Shown: in pieces, positions 13,864-26,050 of the stretch
Layout of the letters: the number at the start of each line of letters is the position of its first letter
How positions within the stretch are numbered: position 1 is the stretch's first letter
Assembly (NCBI RefSeq): GCF_006345805.1
Contig: NC_043007.1
Location: 54,808,001-54,872,000 of the forward strand
Length of the DNA stretch: 64,000 bases
Direction of reading: 5' to 3'
Source: Octopus sinensis
Lineage: Eukaryota
Program-made: the position numbers and the translations under genes
Notes under the pieces: generated by a model
The model's database searches: none
Seen by the model: the letters and a program-made list of their open reading frames with translations, nothing else
Told to the model about the DNA's origin: nothing

Positions 13864-15124
13864 TATTGGTTTTTTTAGGTGAAAATCAAAACAAAGTAAA
13901 CAATTGTGAAAAATGTATTTAATCAATACAATAGTTACCATTTGCTTCTATAACCTTTCGCCACCTGTTGGGTAGATCTTTAATCCCCTGTTCGAAGAAT
14001 TTAGGTTCTTTATTAGCAAAAAAAGTTTCCAAGAAAGTTTTCACGTCTTCATCAGAATTAAAATTTTTTCCATTCAATGAATTTTGCAGTGACCGAAACA
14101 GATGGAAATCTGATGGGCCCAGATCTGGAGAGTATGGAGGGTGAAGCAAAACTTCACACTCAAGCTGCAGCAACTTCTGCCAAGTAATCAAAGCAGTGTG
14201 TAGCCTTGCGTTGTCATGGTGGAAAACAACCCCTTTGTGATTCACCAGTTCTGGCCGTTTTTGATGAAGAGCTGTGTTTAATTTATCCAGTTGTTCACAA
14301 TAAACTTCTGAATTGATAGTTTTATTCAAGGGAAGACGTTAAAAAAAGATAACACCCTTCCAATCCCACCATATCGATAACAGAACTTTCTATGGGTGAA
14401 GACCTGCGTTGGATGTTCGTTTTGGAGAATCCCCTGCTTTTTTCCATGATCTTCGTTTCACATTATTGTAAAGTACCCACTTTTCATCTCCAGTAACAAT
14501 TGTTCTCAAAAAGGGTTTGTTGTTTTCCCTTTTCAGTAATGAATCACAAATGGAAACCCTCTGGACAAGATTTGCTTCTGTTAATTTATGGAGAACCCAA
14601 ACATCAAGTTTAGAAACATAACCAAGTTTATGCAATTCATTTTCCACACTTGTTTTGGATATGTTAATATCTGCAATTTGTCTGGTCGTAAGACAGCAGT
14701 CTTGTTTGACTACAGCTTTCAGTTGGTCGATGTCTATTTCTTTTTGCCAGCCAGAGTGAGGTGCGTCTCTTACTGAAAAATTCCCATATCGAAATCGAAC
14801 AAACCATTTCTGGCACACCTGTTCTGAAACAGCATTCTCTCCATACATATTGCATAACTTTCGGCAAGTTTCTGTTGCTTTCTTTCCTTTTCTGAAGTAA
14901 AAAAGCATAAGATGCCGATAGTGCTCTGCCCGGTCTTCCATGTCTAGGCTCAAATGCAATCAAACAAGTTGCAATCTCTCTCCTTTGAGGCTTGTTACAC
15001 ACTGATGTAACCTTGGTCGTTAGACCGAATACAGTTTCTAAAGAAAAAGAATATCGGAACAGTGATTAGAAGACCGAACAGTTGATACTAAAAAAATTAA
15101 ACGGAGTTTTTGGCCAACCCAATA
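13864..15124 (-). mobile_element. Mariner (DD34D-type) transposon, ~1.26 kb, inactivated
   Basis: MEDRAEHYRHLMLFYFRKGKKA, WVLHKL, IVTGDEKW, HDNARLH and HPPYSPDLGPSDFHLF motifs; two nonsense codons (HP*KV, FF*RL). 5' TIR TATTGGGTTGGCCAAAAACT is present; only CCAATA remains of the 3' TIR. Confidence 0.93.
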
Positions 15125-15770
15125 TATATATATATATATATATAATTGAGTAATTGAATAAATTATCTTATTAAGGATAATTCGAAAGATAACCGATACC
15201 TGGGTAGCAAATTCACATCAGAAAGAACACGGTTGAAGCTACGTCCCTAGGGCATAGACTATGTGTCTTCGTGCGGAAATTTGTATGTTTATTTTAAAAT
15301 TATAAGTATATGAAAGAATGGAGTTGAACGACTAGTTAACAAATATCCTTTATTCTTGACATATGTTTCCCGATTCTTTCGCTATCTACTTTCCTTTCCC
15401 TACAGTAAACATAATCGAACACACAGATACAGACCTTTCAACTCACAGCTGTCAGTTTTCTGACATCTACCCATCCACAAACACAATCACGCATTCAGTC
15501 ACACACATACACACATTAAGACAGTCACACACACAGGCACTCATTCACAAAAGAAATCATTTAAACCCACCATTCTTTTGACCTGCACTCTCTCACCTTA
15601 TTATTCTTATACCTCCCTCCTCCTACTTCGTTTGAACTCTTGAACCTTTAGAAACTTCTAGATTCTTCTACATTCAGCCACTCTGACGTCACTCATTATC
15701 ACCATGGGCTCCTTGAGAGCGGTCAGCTAAAAGTTTTTTGTGCATTTTGATGTCGACATAAGTTCCTTGA

Positions 15771-15853
15771 TTTTCCTGATGAGAAATCTGCATGATGTAC
15801 TCCTTATTCCTTCGGAATTAGGAATATGCAGCCTTCGAAACATATGTCGAGAA
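15771..15853 (+). ncRNA. Type I hammerhead ribozyme with long stem II
   Basis: ttttc-CTGATGA-gaa..ctgcat..tcct.attcc(ttc)ggaat.agga..atgcag..ttc-GAAAC-atat-GTC-gagaa. Confidence 0.8.
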
Positions 15854-15887
15854 TAAAGGATATTTGTTAACTAGTCGTTCAACTCCA

Positions 15888-17071
15888 TTCTTTAGAAACT
15901 GTATTCGGTCTAACGACCAAGGTTACATCAGTGTGTAACAAGCCTCAAAGGAGAGAGATTGCAACTTGTTTGATTGCATTTGAGCCTAGACATGGAAGAC
16001 CGGGCAGAGCACTATCGGCATCTTATGCTTTTTTACTTCAGAAAAGGAAAGAAAGCAACAGAAACTTGCCGAAAGTTATGCAATATGTATGGAGAGAATG
16101 CTGTTCAGAACAGGTGTGCCAGAAATGGTTTGTTCGATTTCGATATGGGAATTTTTCAGTAAGAGACGCACCTCACTCTGGCTGGCAAAAAGAAATAGAC
16201 ATCGACCAACTGAAAGCTGTAGTCAAACAAGACTGCTGTCTTACGACCAGACAAATTGCAGATATTAACATATCCAAAACAAGTGTGGAAAATGAATTGC
16301 ATAAACTTGGTTATGTTTCTAAACTTGATGTTTGGGTTCTCCATAAATTAACAGAAGCAAATCTTGTCCAGAGGGTTTCCATTTGTGATTCATTACTGAA
16401 AAGGGAAAACAACAAACCCTTTTTGAGAACAATTGTTACTGGAGATGAAAAGTGGGTACTTTACAATAATGTGAAACGAAGAAGATCATGGAAAAAAGCA
16501 GGGGATTCTCCAAAACGAACATCCAACGCAGGTCTTCACCCATAGAAAGTTCTGTTATCGATATGGTGGGATTGGAAGGGTGTTATCTTTTTTTAACGTC
16601 TTCCCTTGAATAAAACTATCAATTCAGAAGTTTATTGTGAACAACTGGATAAATTAAACACAGCTCTTCATCAAAAACGGCCAGAACTGGTGAATCACAA
16701 AGGGGTTGTTTTCCACCATGACAACGCAAGGCTACACACTGCTTTGATTACTTGGCAGAAGTTGCTGCAGCTTGAGTGTGAAGTTTTGCTTCACCCTCCA
16801 TACTCTCCAGATCTGGGCCCATCAGATTTCCATCTGTTTCGGTCACTGCAAAATTCATTGAATGGAAAAAATTTTAATTCTGATGAAGACGTGAAAACTT
16901 TCTTGGAAACTTTTTTTGCTAATAAAGAACCTAAATTCTTCGAACAGGGGATTAAAGATCTACCCAACAGGTGGCGAAAGGTTATAGAAGCAAATGGTAA
17001 CTATTGTATTGATTAAATACATTTTTCACAATTGTTTACTTTGTTTTGATTTTCACCTAAAAAAACCAATA
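15888..17071 (+). mobile_element. Duplicated mariner copy lacking the 5' TIR
   Basis: ORFs 15931-16545 and 16606-17016 mirror the minus-strand copy, with the same two stops plus a 1-bp frameshift near 16104. Confidence 0.92.
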
Positions 17072-18185
17072 ACAACAATAATGAGGATTATTATGAAGTG
17101 GCATAGCATTACCTTTAATTCTTTTTATATATACCGCTTTACATAGACCTACACCTGTTTCAACTGCACCGATTAGTAACCATTGCAACTGCATCCCTAC
17201 AATTATATGGGTGCAGTTTTTTCAGGGTCTTTACTTTAATATCCTTTGATTTAACCATTTAAAGTTTTTCGTTTATCTACTCTGCATTGTAGACATGATT
17301 GATAATCATGTACAATCCTTTATTTCAAAGCATTCCGTTGTTTAAATGTTTATTATTCATCTATACTGGACAAATGTGAATTTCCTCATGTGCAAGCATC
17401 TCAAAGCTTGCTCCTGTCTAGAATTTATCATATTACTTTTAGATGTAAAAATTTGGTATAATTCTTCTAAACATAGGCCATATTTTTAGTTCCAGGTCTG
17501 TATGGTTTTGCAGTACAGATTAATTCCCAATTGATAGTATGGTCTTTGTTTCTGTCTTTAATAGACCAGATTAATTTACTAAGACTTGTTTGGAATCTTT
17601 TATTTTCATCTCTAAATGAACTCAAATGATTTGGCAGTCTCCTCTTGAAAATTAGTGCATGTGTTTATTTGGCAGGAAAAAGAAATTACCATCCCGAAAT
17701 ATAACAATATATATATACCGAAACTGAATCAGTACATGGATAAGTATTGTATTTCGTATATTTTCACTTGTTTATTGCTTGGGTTTGTGATGAGTTTGAT
17801 TTGAGAACATAATCTTTTGTGGAGAATGGCGATTTGACGTCTATATCTAGCATGTTGACTGTCCACTTTTCGTGTTCAGTCCTTAATTGGTATATGTAAA
17901 TATTTAATCTTCGGATTCTTTTTTTAATATGCTAGACCACTGGTTTTAATTGATAAATATTGATTTCTACCCTAATTAATTTTATATTTTATATAAATAA
18001 ATATGTTCTCTAACCGATAAATTGACTGCTGCTAATTATTAGCTGCAGGCTATTTTCTTCGGGTCTCAACGCGCCAAAGTAAAGGCATTTGAAAAATACA
18101 TTCGAATGTAATAGGTTGAACTCCACGCACATGATACTCCGGTATCGTTTTTGCATCTAGTTCAGCAAATTGCATATATATCGGG

Positions 18186-18247
18186 CCATGTTGACAAAGG
18201 CTACAGGTATCCTTGCGGATAATAGCCGAAACTGAATCAGTACATGG
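18186..18247 (+). ncRNA. Duplicate of the U3-A8 hammerhead variant
   Basis: ccatgTTGACAAAggctacaggtatccttgcggataatagccGAAACTGAATCAGTAcatgg. Confidence 0.7.
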
Positions 18248-18730
18248 ATAAGTATTGTATTTCGTATATTTTCACTTGTTTATTGCTTGGGTTTGTGATG
18301 AGTTTGATTTGAGAACATAATCTTTTGTGGAGAATGGCGATTTGACGTCTATATCTAGCATGTTGGCTGTCCACTTTTCGTGTTCAGTCCTTAATTGGTA
18401 TATATATATATATATATATATGTATGCAAAAACAATTAAGATTCAAGTGAATTCCAATGAATATGGTACTTAACTTAGATGCACCAGAATACTTTATGGT
18501 ATTAACCATAAAATAATGTGGGGTGATTATAACCAAGAAAAAAGCAACAAGAATGGATTAGTAATTTAGTACAATTGTTTCATACTAAGAACAATTTTAT
18601 TTGAAGCTGCAAATACAAATGTCCAGTATTCATCAGCTAAATCACATATATGCTTTCCAGACATCCTAGAGGGTTTGATTATCCTCATGAAGTTATTAGG
18701 AGTGAGTTCTATGAAATTTAAAGTCAAATT

Positions 18731-19385
18731 AAGGAAAGTAGATAGCGAAAGAATCGGGAAACATATGTCAAGAATAAAGGATATTTGTTAACTAGTCGTT
18801 CAACTCCATTCTTTCATATACTTATAATTTTAAAATAAACATACAAATTTCCGCACGAAGACACATAGTCTATGCCCTAGGGACGTAGCTTCAACCGTGT
18901 TCTTTCTGATGTGAATTTGCTACCCAGGTATCGGTTATCTTTCGAATTATCCTTAATAAGATAATTATTCAATTACTCAATTATATATATATATATATAT
19001 ATTGGGTTGGCCAAAAACTCGTTTAATTTTTTTAGTATCAACTGTTCGGTCTTCTAATCACTGTTCCGATATTCTTTTTCTTTAGAAACTGTATTCGGTC
19101 TAACGACCAAGGTTACATCAGTGTGTAACAAGCCTCAAAGGAGAGAGATTGCAACTTGTTTGATTGCATTTGAGCCTAGACATGGAAGACCGGGCAGAGC
19201 ACTATCGGCATCTTATGCTTTTTTACTTCAGAAAAGGAAAGAAAGCAACAGAAACTTGCCGAAAGTTATGCAATATGTATGGAGAGAATGCTGTTTCAGA
19301 ACAGATGTGCCAGAAATGGTTTGTTCGATTTCGATATGGGAATTTTTCAGTAAGAGACGCACCTCGCTCTGGCTGGCAAAAAGAA
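18731..19385 (-). repeat. Inverted copy of 14738-15396 (pLTR piece + mariner 5' end with TIR at 19000)
   Basis: Reverse complement of 14738-15396 with a few differences (CAGATG vs CAGGTG; CTCGCT vs CTCACT). Confidence 0.92.
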
Positions 19386-19574
19386 TGGAGGACACCACTT
19401 GTATAATGGTGATGTTCATTTACAACCATTATATGATGTCAAGGATAGGACACACTCACACACACTTTGGGCTTCTTTCAGTTTCTATCTACTAAATCCA
19501 CTTGATCAGAGTGTCACACTGTGGGACTGGACTTGAAACCACATGGCTGGGAAGCAAACTTCTTAACCACACAG

Positions 19575-19850
19575 CCTTGCCTATATCATCATCATCATCA
19601 TCATTGTTTAACGTCCACTTTCCATGCTGGCATGGGTTGGACGATTTTGACTGAGGACTGGCACGCCAGATGGCTGCACCAGGCTCCAATCTGGTCTGGC
19701 AGAGTTTCCACAGCTGGATGTCCTTCCTAACGCCAACCACTCCAAGAGTGTAGTGGGTGCTTTTACGTGCCACCGGCATGAGGGCCAGTCAGGCAGTACT
19801 GGTGATGGCCATGCTCAAATGGTGTTTTTTTTATGTACCACTTGCACAGG
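19575..19850 (-). mobile_element. RTE-type LINE 3' UTR fragment
   Basis: (CAT)n-TTTAACGTCC..TTTCCATGCTGGCATGGGTTGGACG tail shared with 21835, 31735, 48440, 52035 and 54700. Confidence 0.75.
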
Positions 19851-19854
19851 TGCC

Positions 19855-20176
19855 AACAATTTGGTTATCTTCACTTCTTACAGCTGTTTTGATTAATACT
19901 CAGTAATTTAATTACAAATTTGTACATTAAATTTACATTTATGTGACATGAGTATAATTTCATCAGAGAAAAAATGATGTACCTTTGAATGTTGTAACTT
20001 CAGTAGTCTGCCAAAATAAATTGATAGGCCCACATATAACATCCAAAGGTACATCTATTTTTCTCTGATGAAATTATACTCATATCACATAAATGTAAAT
20101 TTAATGTACAAATTTGTATTTTAACTATTGAGTATTAATTGAAATGGCAGTAAGAAGTGAAGATGACCAATTTGTT
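19855..20176. repeat. Fold-back element / MITE with ~135-bp inverted arms
   Basis: ~19858-19994 is an imperfect reverse complement of ~20038-20172. Confidence 0.8.
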
Positions 20177-20362
20177 AATAATAAACAATTATTAACTTCC
20201 TAATCTCTATTTCCTTTTCTTCCTTTAAATGGATATAAACTATATGTTTGATATATACCTATTGTTTTAAGTGAATTTCATCTCCCAATAATACTAGGTA
20301 TTGAACCAGTATTTCCTCGGATGTAACCATCTCTTCATGAGGTAAATATATCCCCTGATTAA

Positions 20363-20393
<31 letters not shown>

Positions 20394-20812
20394 ACGGGAA
20401 GGTTTACGAAAATAAACAAAAGACGAAGGCAGGTTTACAAAAATAAACAAAAGATGAAGGCAGGTGGAGTACAAACAAACAATGTATTAGTATGGCGCTC
20501 AGGAATAGAAATAAAACAAGTCTTTTACGTTTTGAGCCTACGCTCTTCGACAGAAAGATACACAGAAAAGAAACAAGGAGAGAAAAAAATTGCGTGTAGG
20601 GGCTAACGATCCAACATGGCGTTAACTATTCTTATACATTGGTCTAGTGAAAGATAAGGGAACCAGAGAGTAATGATAATGGCAGAGATGTTGGTAGGAT
20701 TAAATGCAGATACCCACCAGTGTATCATTTGTCATTTGTGAGCAAAAGGAAGATAAAGTTACCAGGTCAGGGATGTGAGGTTTGGCATTATACTAATATA
20801 TACATATATATA

Positions 20813-20850
<38 letters not shown>

Positions 20851-21834
20851 TATATATATATTATATATATATATATATATGTATGTATATGTATATAGGG
20901 GACTGCAAAGAGACACTGAAGTATTGTGAAAACGGGTAGCTTGAGACAGATAAGTTTAGAAATTTTAAGACTTTCAATTGTTCACATGTTTTTTTGTGAT
21001 TGACCTCAAAAACCCATGCCACTCCTAGACATTCATATGCTAATCACACTTGTACAAGTGTGATTGGCCAATAGAAAATATGCAGGTATATACACTCACG
21101 TGATTCACCTCCCCGCTATTGCAATCCACACATTTGCATGTCTCTCGCTATCATTATCTTCATCGGTGCATGTTCCCACATGACCTTGCCCTTTGCCAGA
21201 CACCCATTCTCATCCTGCGTGCATTTTTAAGGCATGGTTGTTTTTCATGACAATGTGTTTCAACAGAACTGTCTTCCCAACGTTATCAATTCACAAAGGC
21301 TTACCTCCAGACAAAACAATGCTCATACACACTTTGATCTTCTTCCACAATTAATAGTGAGAGGTAAGCTTTATTGCTAATTAGTACACCAAAACCTGGC
21401 TGCACTAAGGCATATATGCACATCCGTAATATATGATAAATTCGAAATAAATATACAATGTAGTTAAAGTAAATTGGTTTACTGAACTTTTTTTTATAAT
21501 GCCTCCAATAAAGAAAATGAGATATGACAAATCTTATTTGAAATTCAGTTTTACTGTGATAAAGCCTAGTGGGGAAGGAAACCACAGTGTGTTTTGTGCT
21601 CCAAGGTTTTGGTGTCTACTTCACTAAAGCCCACCAGAAACTTCTGTACATTTTGGGATGTTATTACAATTTTTCTGCTGAAAATAGCTAAATTGGTTGA
21701 AATGCACCTCTTGGATAATCAATATGAGGAATGACCTGATAATGGGGAGGAATAGCATCCCAAACATTGTGAAAGAGGAAGATGATGCCAAAGTTCAAAA
21801 CCGCTGTCGTGTACATGTGTATATATATATATAT

Positions 21835-22556
21835 ATCATCATCATCATCATTTAACGTCCGCTTTCCATGCTAGCATGGGTTGGACGGTTCGACTGGGGT
21901 CTGGGAAGCCAGGAGGCTGCACCAGGCCCAGTCTGATCTGGCAGTGTTTCTACAGCTGGATGTCCTTCCTAACGCCAACCACTCCATGAGTGTAGTGGGT
22001 GCTTTTTTTACGTGCCAGGTGAGGCTGGCAACGGCCACAATCGGTTGGTACTTTTTATGTGCCACCGGCACAGGAGGGTAGTCGGGGCGGCACTGGCAAT
22101 GGCCACGTTCGGATTTTTCTTGTGCCACCAGCACTGGTATCACAACTACAATTTCCATTGATTTTTGAGTGATTTCAATTTCAATTTCACTCGCCTCAAC
22201 AGGTCTTTGCAAGCAGAGTTTTGTGTCCCAAGAAGGAAAGGTATGCATAAGTGAGCTGGCTACATCCCAGGTAGAGGCCACTGGTTATGGTCTCATTTGT
22301 CCTGCCAGGTCTTCTCATGCACAGCATACTTCCAAAGGTCTCGGTCACTAGTCATTGCCTCGGTGAGACCTAATGTTCGAAGGTTGTGCTTCACCACCTC
22401 GTCCCAGGTTTTCCTGGGTCTACCTCTTCCACAGGTTCCCTCAACCGCTAGGGTGTGGCACTTTTTCACATAACTATCTTCATCCATTCTTGCTACATGA
22501 CCATACCAGTGCAATCGTCTCTCTTGCACACCACAACTGATGCTTCTTAGGTCCAA
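21835..22556 (-). mobile_element. RTE-clade LINE 3' end
   Basis: ORF 22293-22556 has ERRLHWYGHVARMDED...GRGRPRKTW...DRDLWK (RTE C-terminus), followed by the family 3' UTR and (ATG)n tail. Confidence 0.88.
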
Positions 22557-22979
22557 CTTTTCTCTGAAGGTACTTACACTCTGTATACACTACAGTGTTT
22601 GGTGTATGATCCCGGTTTCTTTCTGCCAAATGGACTGAAATGGGTCTTATGAAGTTGCCAATACTGGGTGCTTGGGGTATTTTCAGATTGTTTTCATTTC
22701 TAATTTGTTTTGTAACCAATTGATCAACTGGCTCCCCATATTTTCATGTATATTTATTGTATCCCAATGGGGCATTGCATGGATTAAGTTGTGGTTTTCA
22801 AGGTTGTGGGTCAATGGACAGTGCAGTTCATAGTCCGGAAATTATGGTACATGAATGTATGTTATGTTTCCATGTTAATTATCCTGCATTTTATAGGGGA
22901 CTGCACATCATTGAAAAGACTGTAAGGGGACCAGCACGTAAAATTTTTGGAAAAATTTGAGAACCACTGTATTAGACTG

Positions 22980-23200
22980 CTCTTTACAACAATTCCAACA
23001 TCTGCATCTAGTCCGTGGTTTTCCAACCCAGATGAAGCTTCTGTGTAATGGTCTTCACCAGAAACCTGGGGTTCTGAAACTGCTGCTATATCTATTTTGA
23101 GACATTGCAGTTTTTTTTAGTGGCAAGTACAATATGGCATTTAAGATGATGTGCATGATCTAGAAGTGTTCTTACATTCTAACCATAGATGTTTAAAAAA
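22980..23200 (-). mobile_element. Degenerate LINE AP-endonuclease N-terminal remnant
   Basis: Minus-strand frames give VRTLLD and DIAAVSEPQVSGE...DVGIVVK, resembling the APE DIAALSET..GEG..GVG pattern. Confidence 0.45.
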
Positions 23201-24769
23201 TGTGTATCGTTAGAATAAATCCTGTGTTAAAATCTTTGTTCTTTGTTCATTCCTACTTTTGGAGAACTGTCATTAGTTGCAGTAAACTAACTGGCATATG
23301 TGGGAGGGTAATATTTAGTGCATCTTTTCTAGCAACTTCCCAGTCACACTGCTTTCCTAAGTTGCTCAGAGACTGGAAACCTTGCTGAAGCAATTTCTGT
23401 CCAAGAGAATAATGTTAGGATAAGTTTTCTGCTGCTTTGTATGTAGATTTGTGGTTGTGCCTCCTACTTGTTAAGTCTGCACACATTACCACTTTAATGG
23501 AAAAACAAGATGAACCAGATGGATTGAGGCAGTTGTACATCACTGGGATTACACTAACATACAACATGTATTCCACTCTCTAGCTATCAGTAATTGGAAT
23601 CCCATAACAAACATTGCAAGATGACTAGCAGCTACATCAACTACATGTTTAACTTTAGAGTGCCTTCTCTCAGACTTTACCCACCAAATGATACCTGTGA
23701 GCTAACAGGGATTTGAAAGAAGCAAATTTACTCACAATGGATGGCTGTTAACTCATAAGTTCATCCACCCTTTCACAGCTCTCTTTTTTATCCCACAATA
23801 TGTCCAAATGTACACACATATACATCAAACTTGTACACACACACACACATTTTGATAAGCTTTAATAATCTCAAGAATCTCACATGTATGTAGCTGGTAG
23901 ATGTTTTGCCACCTTAATATGACTTTGCAGATTTTATGATGGACCATTCCAAATCATAAGCAATGTTTTCAAACTATTCATCAAGGAATATTGAGTTTTT
24001 TAGGATGTCCTTAAAAAATGAATGGAAATGTAATAGCTGGTACCTGCGAAAACTCTTCATCCCTTACTGAATATGTACTCAATTTGAAAACTAAAAACAT
24101 TTTTTTACAATTTGAAATCATACACCATTTGTAAATTCTTATATATATTAGGAATGCTTGTCAGTTGGTTCAGTTTACTTTGTTGGTAATTAAAGATATT
24201 CAGCAGGATTCTCAATTTAAAAAATTTTAATTTTAAATTATATAATAATAGCATGCAGTGCTGAAATGTAGCAAAATTGACTGCTTGTAACTCAATCTAA
24301 AACTCTGATTGTAACAATTTAGCAGTTAATGATGGAATTTGAACAGCAGGTATTAGTTGAATTTTTTACTATGGCCTTAAATTTAAATTGTAATAATTAA
24401 TTGAAAGGAAATTATCTGTACATTACTAGTGAGTGATTATAATATATAATAAAACATAGTGTTCACAACTTGGTAACATTAGTAGAGGGAAACTAAAATG
24501 ACAAACAGTGTAGGAATGAGAGATAGAGATACTAAATGTAGGTGAGCTGTGGTAGAGGTTTTGCTGTTTGGAGTAGCTAGTGTTTTAATGAAAATGAAAC
24601 TGCAAATTTCTGTAAATTTTAATTTATTAATTTCACAGACACACACACACACACATGTGTATATGTATATATATATATATACGTGTGTATGTATATATAC
24701 ATATAAATGTGTGTGTGCATATATACATGAGTGAAGGAATGGAGTAGATAAGATCTGGGCTACATATGT

Positions 24770-26050
24770 AAGTGGTAAATATCCAAGCTAGGTGTATACT
24801 GCAGGCTACTCTTCAAGCCCAGGATACCTTGATTAAATGAAGGTTTACATTGTTGCAAGGAGGTATATGTTAACACATGGAAGATTCAAGCAGAATGTGT
24901 AGAGATCACAGTAGGAGTGGAGAATATAATTGTAGAGAGAAATTAGGACTAAAAGAAGGAAAAAAGAAAAAATCATAGGAGTGAGAAAAATGAGGAATTT
25001 AAGCAAAGTCATTTGACTGGTTGTATCCAAAAGAACTATTTTGGCCGAGTCACAGAAATTAGCAAGGGAAGTGGTATTTGGAAAAAAAAGATAATGTGTA
25101 GGGGAGAGGGTGGGGAAATATTTTTAGTCAAGGGGTAGAAAAATATGCTTGAAGAAAGCAAGAGAGAATGGGCAAGAATCATGATGGCTACTACTAGCTT
25201 TCAATTAAGAAATGTATATTGTGAGTGTGTTTACAGTATGAAGTAGTAGAGGTGTATGTACTTGTAAGTTTACAGGGGTGGGGTTAAGGGGGGTCAATTG
25301 ATGTTGGAGCTGGGGATTATGTTGAGTTAAGTTATTAGGGTGGAAGTTAGCTGGTTGTAGATTTCTGAGTTTCTTGTTAAGATGTCAGATAACTCCGGCA
25401 ATGTTGGTGGTGGTGGAATAGGACAGTTTTATAAATTGGGGTGGGGGGACTTAAATGTTTTTTTAAGGAGGCTGGATTTAGGGAAATGTTTTTCAAGTAG
25501 AGCAAAGAAGAGTTTAGATACACGAGTCTGAACATTAATGACAAAGGAGTAGGTGGAACCAGATAACGTCCTGGGTTCTTGTTCATTTAATCCAATTGGG
25601 CAGGGGGAGGGTTAACTGGGAGGATAGATGTTTGGAGGTGCACACTGGTGTCTGTTTTGGTGAGTTGCAATGTATATAGGATTTGGGGTCATCTAGCAGG
25701 AGGGTTGTTTATTAGATCACCTGTTACTTTGAAATTTGGACAGGTATTGGAGTGAGGGGATGGGGGGGGATTTTATGTTCATTATGTGGTGGGGGCAGAA
25801 CTGGTTTTAGTGGAGGGAGGGATATTCCACATGGGGATATATTTGATCAAGTTTTTTCTGTTTTCCTTTTTTTAATCCTAATTTCTCTCTACATTTATAT
25901 TCTCCACTCCTACTGTGCTCTCTACACATTCTAATTGAATTTTTCATGGGTTAACATGCACTTCCTTGCGAGAATGTAAACTTTCATTCAATCAAGATAT
26001 CCTTGGCCTGAAGAGTAGCTTGTGGTTTACACCTAGCTTGGATATTTACT
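24770..26050. mobile_element. Degenerate PLE-like remnant with inverted terminal arms
   Basis: ~24770-24990 is an imperfect reverse complement of ~25845-26050; the interior is decayed. Confidence 0.5.

Larger units (their letters stand above)
15888..18731 (-). repeat. Near-identical inverted duplicate of 12202-15045
   Basis: Reverse-complement identity throughout (coordinate sums ~30933-30935), with only a few indels and substitutions. Confidence 0.95.

Noticed and set aside
20505-20560. CTGTCGA..AAAACGTA hammerhead-like motif on the minus strand
   Set aside because: A6 and G12 are mutated without compensation; likely dead.
21300-21370. GAG|GTAAGC donor-like sites on both strands
   Set aside because: No identifiable protein and no linked exons; may be chance.
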